From positions 196,004 to 260,003 of the forward strand of contig CALWPL010000001.1 of assembly GCA_944383405.1 (NCBI GenBank): DNA of 64,000 nt. Direction: 5' to 3'. The notes under the pieces were generated by a model, which searched no databases, was not told where the DNA came from, and worked only from the letters and a program-made list of their open reading frames with translations. Of this stretch, positions 27,701-31,500 are shown in pieces. Made by a program: the position numbers and the translations under genes. This DNA comes from an uncultured Clostridia bacterium (GTDB lineage Bacteria > Bacillota > Clostridia > Christensenellales > UBA1242). Each line of letters begins with the position of its first letter. Position 1 is the stretch's first letter.

Positions 27701-28247
27701 TGGGGAATCGCAAGTTGTTGCAACTTATACAATAACTCAAAAGGAAATTACACAATTTGAAATTAGAATTGATGGTGGTATCCTTAGAGAAAATGGAACA
27801 GTTCTTAATGATAAGATTAGCATTGAGTTCAACGCAGGGCAATTTGTTGATGGTAAAATACCTGAATATGAAGTTCATTTTACAAGAGATGGAACGAGTG
27901 TAAGCAGTGTAATTTCAGAAGGAACATACTATGTAACAATTGTTTTTGTTGATGGTAACTACAATGTAACTGCTACAAGATCGTTTATTGTATATGAAGC
28001 ACAAAGTTATTTGACATTAATTATTGTAGTTGGCGTCATAGTTGGTATAATTATTATCGTACTTATAGTTGTTTTAACTATTAGGATAAATAGAAGAAGA
28101 AATAGAAGAAATCTTCAAAAAGAACAACTAAAAGAGATTGAAAAGAAAATAAAATCTCAAAGCGATTCAAAGCATCAATTTAATCATTATTCAGATAATA
28201 CAAACAAAAATGGTGGAGATAAAACAGATAAACCGCTAGATAGTTAA
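729..28247 (+). CDS. Giant (9,172-aa) modular surface protein: signal peptide, four parallel-beta-helix cassettes, more than 40 Ig-like (MBG/YDG-type) repeats, C-terminal TM + polybasic anchor
   Basis: The frame is uninterrupted in AT-rich DNA; the largest competing ORF inside it is 110 aa. AAGGAG at 716-721 sits 7 nt before ATG 729, and the ORF-track start at 657 has no RBS. The N-terminus is hydrophobic (LLIILCMAIFGCFFGVC). The N-half has dozens of ~22-25-aa coils with [ILV]xNCxFxxN and GGA[ILV]Y motifs (PbH1 / Pmp-type beta-helix). The C-half consists of Ig-like repeats. The C-terminus is LTLIIVVGVIVGIIIIVLIVVLTI + RINRRRNRRN (about nt 28012-28113), ending in TAA at 28245-28247. Confidence 0.9.
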   Translation: MRIRKVNLLIILCMAIFGCFFGVCSNWQSSKGVKAEMVVNSTEQSVLAEMSTNRVYVSNGATNTNNGLSASTPVGTLSRALEIVAANDSINTIEFLNTIVVSGTGTNGVIENNTGKDVYFVLSQNYVGNTTYHSAMIGVGESSGSVVLHGDDESTDTTERFIFDGEKDKNKTISMQVIGIDITKNALVSLDIDSVVFQNFSNQRDSQGFIYTYGGVTANNIEILNNETSLFCNYAANGFTFTNLDNNANNAKTENVKLSNIRISGNIGGKVLDLRNIKRVDLEKVVVEDNDFSLQSLGLNFERIGDSATGNDGLYINGFTASGNSMSYSSAASLFRAVSTMKTDAVDVKYYDNEIENKSSLFYLISQIIEVENFDFVDNFGAGMAFNFTKYGEINNSNVDATLKNVNFENNIVTGNIVQINSFNNLSIENLNVTGTKTGESVAPNVIYAANNGIIKISSSTFENLNVTTSIIYFGNSEKNFHSQITIEGCKLLNCTNGRGIYIATGGTNNPENERYYDMTITNSEFAYFTDKDGRKVFDIRAIRNFSMTGSKVHDNAGTLDLLFNTDIEDEKTASFTDCEFYNNKGRVLISGSQTPLIDAKESVIMTNVEIYNNSVQDDVFYVVYVEDVTFDDCKIYNNESLGRIIDVNVANDVKVINSDFYSNRITVANGNYNFGGALYVRRCNAYVENCDFTQNKMLGTSITGAGLAAVDCSLDLIDCDFRGNNNENGSGGGVGVTYTAELVDLLEKLDKEINIKGCIFNDNFAQNGGGLYLYKGGSLGEEQGVIKLNIGSSENRRTEFIENASRNDGGAMTATVAGGESYQVNLCIEIEGVLFNSNVSTNGGGGSAYLRVHEGKSITVNNCQFIGNKAQTYAADIIFYTHSKNEINITNSSFEGGTTGPNGFASVYFNNSSQEREQGSVVVDNCTFRNMKSTAVDNSTFRPSGIYGARLSSAKISNSTFDGLSGVNCAAVYLTYTNVEIEQVNFVNNEVIAGVGGAAVIAIENSNLKIKDVDFTNNIGSGRIFRYSLSSSSASGEYQLEYIGGNITGNKIIETRNKDCRELISIYKSSVDANLAIKLQDLNISGNEIEIASDSEISGGGVLMVQDAANNGNSILEMDNCVVSRNIVKQDKVIYGLFAQITGVGETYIKDSTIEQNACEGGSVYIVLRLYNPYTTYSSQVYLNNVSFRGNNITDGDGGVVQLLGKVRMNMENGSFEGTKTRNRLIIANDENSSYVLDGVKFINNSIENRTGNDNAGLILIDKIDNTIRNCIFENNTANGYNSAGIYFEGSNYSYTLEGCKFINNSSKEGSAIYVNNGTSSSNIQLTFVDCVFNGNKAAGDGGAVRTFDRTEFINCKFYQNQAQGNGGAIRAINLILSGCAFDGNIASGNGGAIYLSGMTAISNNGAFLLIDRDSEYKTSFKNNISSGNGGAIYIYEESTVAVYGSEFALNSAGNGEMGGAIYNLGTLIINGGIFNENGAESVLGGAIANEGDLTISGVEASGNISLSGGFLYNNISTQIVIQDSVLSDNSAVGSSSDNSGNGGAISIILGELQIENVEMTDNTARDYGGALYLASGRNNNLLLIDCNIDLNTSAYGGGVSIGGNGSSNSTQTIFIENVSFDQNVSNGALYVSSGNAQIMDMSITNTTGYGMYVASGSVEISREIIISNNTYNDGNSNLYLIGESGITISSPLIGQSSIGVSVENASERAIIESNGNYIIKSSDFEKFSSDRQGQAIYFRVVDELDGTQNAIFVKDVSANSGIVYVVSDFYGENGDLGVLERATIRVEVFYPSDSSVSYSLTGGDDYTSSPIVATSAGVTTIYYRIETGSGSATQTVNGSGKVVITETNSLYVYTLPNVENVYINTPLSNAEINGGIAMYNGVRIAGNFSFVNGDYEPSTAGKQIFEMVFTPKNTEVYAPVQFEMLVDVIGYNVLYFKEFVSSGSMTNNFYLTEEDANNAVNAVASLSASSRTGFSDIINIMTDGGVIYMMSGLSSGADIYVNDSKTITLRRYSNFSAPMFSAYDNTTIIFGSSNMSGNLILDGNNIESDYPIIEYRRGMTGSATQIIYDGVSVVNHIGLNVPAIGVVGNVSLVIYNLNAENCHYIDESETSGESYNVPANLTTGGNIKYSGGGVLSTRNGESSSVGEVVPTINIYNMVANNCSSETYGGVISFSSDGSRNPSSLIVITNMEISNSSAEYGGGIATTIFNNLTIYNMTLSSNSATNGGGIYLTDMESIYQATIEGNSATYGGGMYLAGRGFSASVVGQNSENLIKIINNEATINGGGIFALNPFAMSYAMISGNTIRSTSDSSKLVYGAGISGAGIFVDELSSSSDALLINNSTISSNTIISSDTTYSVYGAGIYSKRVNLNQVEIFNNGIILSTSQELMNSMFLMGAGLCLYSIAGESVITNSNIHNNFIMSHNGKSFSGGAGIALIGSVNSVSGPQNVNLTNSEVMNNYISSVEYSSDTAENFDNSLYDQILIQFAYNTMGVSDNVYLNINGSVVSSSSTEPGIGSIGFNNLSFIDTIKSISSIFITGESYILAPIEVNMTNSYNATSPITILEGLSEESIINIYLSGTSVVLYSQGETSVPSTIIKYEEEYLTTIRNEVEAGLESDSGEEALQEDIDAGVIEILNGVFQDVFILTDGTGQNRRITLTPYTNSTIDQLVNRYTLVPTLYGSQPLAVVYWNPQATSSGNGNSEQTAVRTLDEALSRVQKGGEIRLVNTWIIEEDTVATASDAVISRYNASANIIVRNGATLELSNIIFDGNSDEFENSMIVVEKGGELILSDGVVIRNNTLSVQNIGTNESGSVIHNEGRVTINGGSYYSNSVLGYVDQGGFMYSSGEVYINGGIFHSNFARYGGAIYVDGGVVEISNGTFANNSAVTSNAINDIGLAGGAIYVTKDARLVISDGVFSGNNSVYGGAIYSKGEVEISGGRFINNIAVDALLPSTSQGSLNSVYVGGEGGAIFVSDGTINITGGAFYSNEATLGGAVVVGGNILPENVSNNNRISASITGNVLIIDNYARAFDVTTSVYATQSQISASATVAADMINDNHSYENGGGRGGAIFISAFSKLEIKNGNIGSNKAARSGGAIYADGGVLLISGGAIFDNMAGFYSTQSADVAVTQVSSMGGAIYYNGKIVEGYGSFGEANKGDILDNTDTGIKVNSLQESNFIISGGLIEGNFANNGAAIFITGTLNPTALIISGGKINANGSYDNANNVMVSNASASTLGGALYLSENAFVEIRDGAFITNNKANDGGAIYTNTGSRLLVSGGEITGNSVVDPLSNGNLEVNSSTSATAIAVTSGEVVLYGGIISDNYSTGVVAGAVVVAASTMDRFLFVGGSVYIYDNIINTEATLEYERNRARNIYIGQNGMNTALFEVFDEFTQDAKLGVYYQNMPMSTQKIQVAIVNQNVKTTSIRDNFVSDNENGTIYIDEDLNQTQISASGVIGRGLFVGAQYLTMNMSYTASDYIAEYDGDEHSIYIDVVPDYIIVQYAVRTERGLEYDDILEGEWTSTVPYISTGLWYVYFRFIGQNGLPILITDQLGDQVNYCDCRMINIEARQATVEELPTVSSVVLYNTEYSEDLGNMPTLTGGLVMDGDNIVYGSFRWAEEYMRFDTIGTVSATVIFEPDEQRSPIYSSMSLTIQVDVLTNTMYYDKTKTQSPFYLENDVTTNISTMQSALTYMNNNGTIYIYNGGYVLQGNETWTVEDRAVTIKKGNTFAGDLITLGNESFQSRLEISALSTKGRITIDGGAVWIDSNGNTSDPYRIDLRTGSSYQSPNGIQSTGSLINVLEGSNLVLEGNVVLTNNENNTGTDTASYGGAIISYGEVTIGPNVSITRNMATNGGGIAIMSGRLTMGLSDDGSSSGKVSLTANSTLLSGNGGAIYIASPNLEDGLSDQVSIIAATIQTNKAYSNGGAIYIGANVDFEISTSENQGVLISSNTTYGDGTIYSYSLVKVNSVNIENNTVTGEGSVMYLDNNASSSSDSLGIDGILVLQGTNSFTSTIIGQIVLDGNGFIADYGNLTIDSNVEILRKKENENSYTIADTVVAFASTSDVQGYIDIYSLYDGYRENNQDWSLAHITTHNDSSVIGESGVFIDPNASREYSASNSNWVTDLLQLATEFEITVYERENMEVAYNINVMYGDTYSEHIRGAELGGETGSVISTVNGKIENGKATLYYAGYSVSEFYLIQDNGYLAMGNFGYNDTTTQIYFDKDIFAAWTPAAPEVIVKVYKGVINEQGEVSVDEDGNYVLGEEVEQTVIDDRKEVSFTYGEPVILKLEITNRGETGFTYTYNWYENYLAGGGGTFVGGEDTILLTEASNNSYSAYVTSQVTGISGTMSNQARIEEATVVVNISQAKLSIGIVNSEFTYEGEDIYVTTQDGNLTYGENGLPNIDNFYIEDRTPLKYTDEIGDLGLEVVNSETSIGIAKNVGTYTFNFSLSNTNYVIETGTLNWEIVPLELEIDYWIDIGLDGVTGTNYYNEYTSAFESIVDTSHILIPHFSNVKNEDRVNVELSYYVNGSSSVDKTMFLAFTNARHESASPYIIPRLDYIGNTEYADYTGYTSSSTIRTIIANIYNEYDNYILSDDITNNEIEWSITGTQAFVNLWAVETGMTISSYINSDEMEVRDNMYILERAYTPGGYNITFNLKDSSGGTIPTGARVNLSVNGVEEDGTGIQNTITFDIDRFNGSNLQFATDSAYLNYLNIVNAGVYQITVSIDEESSNYFESPTAIYTMEFTIHKATLSLEWGVMRQADQAPMETEEVSVQAELPDGTFTLLNGLAVTYNNIFYVPYVTGCAENIALTVEYSEDNQSYYSFAESLNRLYKRNAGTYVFFARLADPNLEKNYIIEENGIFAFVIERIALSVSWPASEFEWTSNEITCEPVITGVLPGDASGSGLWTITGNKATDIGSGYVCEILPSETMLSGENCNYTFDNPENQPSLTHSWSIVQRTLGVTWFAYTYSDSEYTPLYEQVFPNGTISAKIFTYNNIGYVLIPQLTNIVDRLADFSDVQATFVDTVTSQYNQDATWTDAGRYRREVTGLTGTSMGYYRLPASTDVQMSIVWEVGAKPIQVSWSTPTTFEFDGEIHGITASVVPSSLAEGDDENSIVFTYSLEGVNVREAVEVGTYYATIIDTGNPNYTVEDGSVREWTITKRELQLNWSWFSDEGGDELTDENNRRAKTYSGTPLYLTINENSSASIIGRVESRPNVHVSIAYTNSLNASITGDRAINVGVYRAVATLTGDDSDCYTIRSGDEQIEWSIVQRTLEFDWLAYSDYNQVELQTTNATRVLINVVNRAQYFMFSPTNVVAGDSLSFTVIRTGGGLTSDSVDSRLTVNLQDASSLSDFVSRLSTWAINAGSYEIEISGISGDAMSNYRLPDDKLDRSQIWRLNPVELNVDRAIRISYNGSQTPFTYNGQNQTVTIRVYDAWSNLDESLENAFLIQDTDFVLEGITQRNVAATDNYTWVATVTLINPNFTFTDGEYNSETNQVEGATILSQSYWDVEWIINPLIAELSWSSSEEGFSYDGITKIVIAEVSNVIEGDTVRVTRYSTDAIDPNSEYYDYVTANEDGNKYYVYSATNVGVYCARAIQLSNRNYTLINCSTAENLWKINQKTLTVTWGSQGTISIVDGVSTAVYAKSAIYYIPQVSGIIAGDESGVEVSITYKYRESSDVPWDSAQNIEASNCITVGEYRCEISITNGGDKYVLSSDDMYRTWTIVPRTLSFNWRELSATYTGQALSPQVTMVGQMSGDQVSVGEYRYTNASGETLTSVSAVGSYTVEVLSLTGNDSKNYTIEGSSNRTATFNIVPIRVSFEFTPSTNDWTYNGQPKYYEPTGLKGILSGEQVSFNLTYTYRNVAGVLSSTPPSGPNYCVNAGTYTVTVSLTGNNAGNYSLEDYSVEALTRTWTIQQRVVTFTWGNVGDTVVGGVYRYQYTGESIRIEAAVVNNGGPQEDNVTVGEYALNEFVSCGNYVARVVSLDAANSNNYTFDTAAASTQQAWAIVAKELAIQDISWQYNGGLTSTTLEHEYSGEEISIIPSILSSSLVEVDRDRVYLQYSITRNDVGVSECIDVGTYTVTITGIGGESAGNYSINNLQEQETGLSMSWQITQREIYYTYDKSTAGSSISGNSLVATYSGSAIRFGVLLQNTIASDNVYPLYSYTAGGEQQSNLVICSLTQAGNYTANLTLGGSDASNYVLAQDYTQALFRVLQVELTLSGDWTPTSFSYTGENQYPTITINGVQPGDMPYEYAYRVETASGSFTDMTANTVPSRAGSYQIELRLTQDGQINYAWASDVTIDMRTFEFQINPIDVNYEVIPLQMGSSDTEASVEDRTTTVLVVLYGANGQGASRPTGNIWFYNGENGTQLYTGKLLTSYTVGTYPNYENIISARLVGNYAYAIFSYTEANSSRYLPALSFTSDSNDLQGTLYTNYNSFTNQAIVDDIEDSQFIPSGQTQNPLYMYYLDPTSVEGSPSYIIANGQLIESSYVYGDTMILFIVGGSRIGSTSNPNDGFRLSMGNLGVISAGQQITQIGNGVAPCEVTYVTGSSDSQLSAFIEYYKNNNSLTDDNFPGAIKVTIRFLRPTGTSAGNEISISGYKDGGTYGGSNYSSTYSNSLNIYVGKKTINANIPDATQTYNTNNVTFVSDIVNGQVVYYTLDKEEVVNVFEGQTEIQEGDFDELLSQISPTFRVSGEDWSTYRVGEYEGVITSVFDSIYYNVVVDINANNRFGTLRVSGRHLTEDDVVITVNDDSLVYDGSAKQPSLTVRLIEDDGSLSPIDSSDYGISYFNNVNAGSSAYARITFTGSQQGVQTDYRYSGIIDAYFTIQKLDISGSNLPTNRQIVIDSAITSDEIYTGSTITKNFFDTQNRSRIYITENGVSNPIAYITQDTDFIVSYSNNINRTDNATITLTGRGTNVTGTRTITFKILPMTITTEMIGDNYGLSSGKEVMYSGLNNTPSVDYLRLQDGSVSFVYDRETIAYYSYNAQNQQYTQLRERDTIECGVYYVGVTITQAVNSLFFNYTGTVYLRYEVVPLSITNNDDIIVEIQNDPTLNPDGTFYFMAEPILPKIKVYWNAPVVSFEENGDVIFEGKYQKTLLAEDVQFNISPVTNQNGDPILGDDGRYINFYAGDGTITINGMDNFTDSHVTHFTIERRTLTSIPQGDLIILFEDYVYTGRQILPTKENITLTYNNYPVEYDITGYGNNVNVSDGGSVTIVGNSNFTGERTFTFSIDPLNLDDNNQQLVIELLNDTFIYTGEQIRPKIAGVYYNGIKLIEGEDYNTPTYGTNTNVSEGGTISILFTMSGGNGNFTGNVTKSFSISRRPLDDTNFVITDYELDENATAVQELTPVTYTGSDITKNIYVYVIRVEGGIKRYEKLTNNSDYQTTITNNRNVGDGIVTVEGLGNYTSSISVPFEILPLNISSAITNRSLTIAELKQEEGNLTYLVDQYYSSSIIIPSLTISYSGSRLSQGIDYVLEAVIDGDSRYGDNISVGKNNRVRLTGRGNFTGTYMLYYDILPKDLDNNPTISTNISAIPDQEYTGEEITPSASVIVYDGDYILIQGQDYEISYINNIKVGRASIRVSGLGDYTGNIDATFNIVARDISNHVSEFRFETKGLIYTGSQITLGGHNVNNFDFYYKNTRLEYITDFSFSDSYQNNVNVGVASVLITGSGNFTGSARFEFNIEPQEFDSNTWEIILDEIYRYTGNPVMPIPLIYDANDNMVESDSYQISYANNQSQSHRNNNGAWTQIGGSTAQLPRVILTFTGNYSGSTQKTFGIGQIEITLDDLNTDYLLHNVYYSGSEIHLTLDDLELRLKSDEAKSNPNVTEVDEYILTQGDIESITNYNVSPYDNRNAGTGAIRVVFGGARSVYTGEVILEYEIERLDLGSDLGRQLLNIAESVLTSEMYTGSEIRKNLTNKLSIGDTTLVEGMPSDFVASFSSNTEVGIATITLTGYNNLTGSRQITFEIIPRQFTDSDMFVVSDIRNITYLYGTPIYVDNEFTVSYLVNGESKILRSGVDYFISSYDNNINAGVATVYIEGSGNFSGTLSKEFTISKRSIVTANIGLANGDVEYYTGEEILIVDGVDENGSYFEVLVSGEEGGKSYSEVIKVYNDEVIAKYYEDPTYGYKNNLVVSDTGARIIFALNDNYVGDNLILVFEIRPRVYNDTEFKVPNIYNQTWTGSQIRPTFDGDVYTSGPITFTNENGTEIELKYGKDYTLDYGTNKNFNTTGTVTVTFIGNYTGDVIKRFQIMKAVPSVEEFMEVFKNAYVVPYSATSIDMLIRYGEVETLADLKIVDALNNVISSITWANEGFQIGTVGTYEVYVRYNPDREIYDDLVTTIEIVVHKGLFSAEDINIYEGQENNYFASEYHAHIVLNDITLPEGYSWQYQEVIASDIVVGNTYYVIENGEYVEKYIGSQSDYDPTLTYYESVTNLDKDEPEYIIGSDRDYIEFTFMAKYNSNPMLYEDYIDIPVTIRIYKGNLNASTFRYRDITRTYTPTLTASSISISRSSPWSWIEDQENFRTLLEAREDPYVFYMLYNPMNASDTGSPIDGGFPKSVYGKKENYNTVVVEVYVYVTRATYTQSQVLAELSYYMPPTFTYKENLTTANINLNLPEGFSLRDVSTRLYYGKNQIFLVYNRDSSINSNYNSYGESLSERVQLTINVVSPTLQGSLSTDRDTYREVEATPSNGLVIIREYGDTVANNRPTIPYIVTYYDPYSDTWAEVSGRAEWVDGSERLLTVGYISRQLRFYPDDKNYVSNQDYTTFDVAVKIDQVPVDTSQVTFPSDKQYIVYDNSPTLNRFDKIIVSESSPFNNLDALKDVYYTYKQVLLNPDGSIIEESLNGEERELRISTILNAGGDGELYGSAYIITAHFDRGQCVYYDFGDYEPSMMLYIARADLEISIEDVTKTYGDVSISSGIENFTIYGLGQLNQTDYVFGIYDQDNNRVTLRYNSNVGEYRIILTLNESLRTNFNYGESQVVATYTITQKEITQFEIRIDGGILRENGTVLNDKISIEFNAGQFVDGKIPEYEVHFTRDGTSVSSVISEGTYYVTIVFVDGNYNVTATRSFIVYEAQSYLTLIIVVGVIVGIIIIVLIVVLTIRINRRRNRRNLQKEQLKEIEKKIKSQSDSKHQFNHYSDNTNKNGGDKTDKPLDS
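885..12900 (+). repeat. Protein-level repeat region: four parallel-beta-helix cassettes (about 885-6000, 6520-8780, 8780-11100, 11710-12900) separated by Ig-like spacer pairs (about 6000-6520, 11100-11705)
   Basis: Coil motifs recur, e.g. ENCDFTQN, IDCDFRGN, KGCIFNDN, NNCQFIGN, INCKFYQNQAQGNGGAIRA, SGCAFDGNIASGNGGAIYL, YGGAIYVDGG, RSGGAIYADGG, GNGGAIYIASP. Each cassette opens with a cap-like segment (NRVYVSNGATNTNNGLSASTPVGTLSRALEIV / AVVYWNPQATSSGNGNSEQTAVRTLDEALSRV / NTMYYDKTKTQSPFYLENDVTTNISTMQSALTYM). Boundaries are approximate, read by eye. Confidence 0.7.
13830..19720 (+). repeat. Tandem Ig-like repeat array A (about 18 units of ~85-100 aa)
   Basis: The unit ends recur, e.g. LNWEIVPLELEI, HSWSIVQRTLGVTW, REWTITKRELQLNW, IEWSIVQRTLEFDW, NLWKINQKTLTVTW, RTWTIVPRTLSFNW, RTWTIQQRVVTFTW, MSWQITQREIYYTY. 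Each is preceded by [FY]xY[DNT]G..., [NV]AG[TS]Y and NY motifs (MBG/YDG-type). Boundaries are approximate. Confidence 0.7.
20950..25540 (+). repeat. Tandem Ig-like repeat array B (about 16 units of ~90 aa), a different subfamily from array A
   Basis: The recurring unit is ...YTG/YDG-x-x-[IQ]-x-P ... DY-x-[IV]-x-Y-x-NN-x-N-x-G-x-A ... G-x-GN[FY][TS]G ... F-x-I-x-P. Examples: GNSNFTGERTFTFSIDP, GRGNFTGTYMLYYDILP, GSGNFTGSARFEFNIEP, GLGDYTGNIDATFNIVA, GSGNFSGTLSKEFTISK, FIGNYTGDVIKRFQIMK. Boundaries are approximate. Confidence 0.7.
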
Positions 28248-28251
28248 TAGG

Positions 28252-28293
28252 TATAACTACTGTACTATTTAAGAGTGCAGTAGTTATATTTTT
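28252..28293 (+). terminator. Rho-independent terminator of the giant ORF
   Basis: TATAACTACTG (28252-28262) pairs with CAGTAGTTATA (28278-28288), followed by TTTTT (28289-28293). It begins 5 nt after the stop. Confidence 0.8.
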
Positions 28294-28480
28294 AATTTTT
28301 AGCAAAATTTAGGATTATTCCTATGTAAAATTACTATTTTTGCAGAAACTAAGTTGTGTAGAAATAATGGATTTAGCAAAAAGTCATTTTATAAGCATAA
28401 ATCATTATGTAATAATTTAATCATATTTAAAGTATTTATTAGTTTTTATATGTGAAAAATGCCAAAAAAAATTATGAATA

Positions 28481-28509
28481 TTGACATGTTTGCGTTTGTA
28501 GAGTATAAT
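28481..28509 (+). promoter_or_regulatory. Consensus sigma-A promoter for the GLUG-protein gene
   Basis: TTGACA (28481-28486), exactly 17 bp, TATAAT (28504-28509). Confidence 0.6.
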
Positions 28510-28540
28510 ATGGACAATAGAAATAGGGGGTATGCAAAGA

Positions 28541-31500
28541 ATGAAAAAGTTCTTATTATTTTTAGTAATAGCGATTTCAGCAATTAGCATAGGTCTTACA
28601 ATTTATTATTTTTCTACTGATAATGAAGTTATTTACATAAGAAGTTCCTTTCTTGTTGTAGAAAAAGGAGACACCATTGCAACTGATGGTTTGCTTGATT
28701 TTAGATATAGAGATGAGAACACAACATTATCTTTTGGAGTTAGTCAAGATGAAGAGAGTAATGTTTTGTCTTATAGCAGTGGCGATGAATATTTTATGGC
28801 AAATGAAGGTGGAGAGAGCCAAATTGTTATAAATACAAGTAACAGGAATTATCCTCAACTTGTAATTAATGTTCTTGTTTGTGATGGGAGTGAGGAATTT
28901 CCTTATATTATAACATCAGAAGAAGCATTAAATAGAATTGGTAGAGATGAGACGAATAGATATATGTTAAATTCTCACTATCAATTAGGGAGCAACATTA
29001 CATTAACAGAAAAAGAAGGTGGAAATTGGACGCCAATTTCTAATTTTAGTGGCGTATTTGATGGCAATTATTATACAATTTCAAACATTTCAATTACAGA
29101 TGAAACAATAGGTACTACCCAAAATTCAGCAGGTTTTATTTCAAATCTAGCAAGTGGGGGCGTTGTTAAAAATTTATTTTTAAACAATCTTTCAATAAAT
29201 TTAAGTAATGTAACAAATATTGGTGGTGTTGTTGGAACTAGTAATGGTATAGTTCAGACAGTTGAAGTAAGTGGCGAAATAGTAAGCACAAATGAAGATT
29301 TTACTTATGTTGGTGGGATTGTTGGTGTAAGTAGTTATGAAAGTGAAAAGCCAGTTATTGACAGATGTGGGTTTGAAGGAAAAATTTCTCTTATTGGAGA
29401 AAGTGGAAATCAAATGGCTGGCGGTGTTGTAGGTTACAATAGAAGTGGTAGTGTAAGTGAATGTTATTATAGAGGAAATGAAACTTTAACACTTGAAAAT
29501 GGGACTTCTAAATTTGGTGGAATTGTCGGAATTAACGAGGGTAATAGTAATACTGCAAGCATTTATGATAGTTATTTTTATCTTGAAAGTGTTGTAGATA
29601 CTACTAATTTCACTCAAATTGGCGGAGTTGTTTATGAAGATAGAAATCAAATAGGCAGCAACATTGTTACTGGTAACTATTATGGCGGAGTATTTGATAT
29701 AGTTACTATTTCAAATCAAAGTTCTGTTGAAGGCAGTGAAATAAGTTCAAGGACAAATGGATACTTAACACAAAGCGATTTTGCAAGTCTTAAAGATGAT
29801 GGTTCAAGTGAATTTATAACCTATATTTATAGCAACGGAGATATTAGAACTTGGGATTTTAATTCTGTTTGGCAAATGGGAGATAGTTATCCACTACTTA
29901 ACATATATTCAGCGATGGGCTCTACATATCCAACTGATTTTACTGATATTATAGGCGACAATGCGATTTTATCTGCTGATGAATTATATGAAGCATTAAA
30001 GAATCCTGATGAAAATGCTTCTTACACAATAATTGGTCAAAATAATGGTAATGGGTATGAAATTAATTTTGAAGGGCTTGATTGGAAATGGGGAGATAGT
30101 GAACATAAGATACCTGAACAATTTAATGGAACTCTTACTTGCGAAAATGGCTGTGTTATAAGGGGACTTAAAATTTATAGTGCAGGAGTTGAAGAAGGGG
30201 CTAATTTAGAAGATATAGGACTTGTTAAAACTCTTGGAGTAAATGCAAAGATTTCAGGACTTACTTTTGAAGATGTAGAAATAACAGGAGAAAATGCTAG
30301 ATATGTTGGACTACTTGCAGGTGTTAATGATGGGGCGGATATTTACAATATTTCAATAAGGAATTTAAATGTTAATGTTGATGGGCTTGCATTTGGTTCA
30401 CTATTTGGCTGGAATGAAGAAAGGACAGATAGATACATTCAATTAGTAAATATTAGAAATGTTGACGCAAGTAATTCTTATTTTGCTTATTCAGGTGGGG
30501 TTGTTGGATACAATCTTGGTAGCATAACAGCACAGAGAAGTTCAGTCGATTTTGAATATAACTACATTAATAATATCAGACTTTATGGTAATTATGTTGG
30601 TGGCGTGGCAGGAAGAAATGATGGGGATATAAGTTATATTGATGCAAGTGAAGTGTACTTTAATGCTTCAAAAAATGCGGCAAGACAAGATGCTTACACT
30701 AGTGGTTATGATTTTGCTGTTGGCGGAATTGCTGGGTTAAATAATGGGGCAATATCAGAAGTTTATTCAAATATTTATATGCAGGCAATAGCAGGTAGTG
30801 AATATTTCTTAACTCTTGGTGGAATTGTTGGAGATAATGCAGGCGATATTACAAGGGCTTATGCTTCTGGAAACACTATTACAGTTACAAATAGTTATTT
30901 GGTGTATGCTGGCGGACTTGTTGGTAGTAACTATGGCGGAAGAATTTCGAGAAGTGTTGTAGAAGGCGGAAGTATTATTACAGAAACAACAGTTAGAGCA
31001 AGTAGTATAAGAGACATTAGTAATTGCTCAATAGTTGGTGGGCTAGTTGGATTTGATGGGAATACATCTAGCACATATTCAATTAGTGAATCTGCTTCCA
31101 GAATAAATTCTATTCAAGGTTGTTATGCAGGTGGACTTGTTGGAATTGCTTATGGTAAGATTGAAAGATGTTATGTAGGTTCGCAAAGTAAACAAGTAAA
31201 TATTAAAGGATATTTTGCAGGCGGACTATGTGCAACAATTTCAGGAAGTGTCGTTGATTGTTATTCAGTTTGCAGACTTTCAGGAATATATACAAATGAG
31301 ACTTATAATGATGTTAATTCGCTTATAAATATGAAAGTTAGTGCAACTGCAGGGCTTGCTGTTATGTTGCTTACAGGCGGAGAGATAAAGGGTTGCTATA
31401 CAGTTGCAGAATTTGTTGATGGCGGCGTTAGATTTAGTACTTGTGCAGATATTTCCTCAATGTATAACAGTGGAAAGATTACGGGCTGTGTTTATACGAC

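Noticed and set aside
757-27878. About 25 short ORFs (60-110 aa, both strands) nested in the giant gene, e.g. 9270-9602(-) and 14520-14798(-).
   Set aside because: All are out of frame or antisense to a 9,172-codon frame, lack SD sequences, and have compositions typical of off-frame translations (C/I/N/F-rich). There is no evidence for nested genes.
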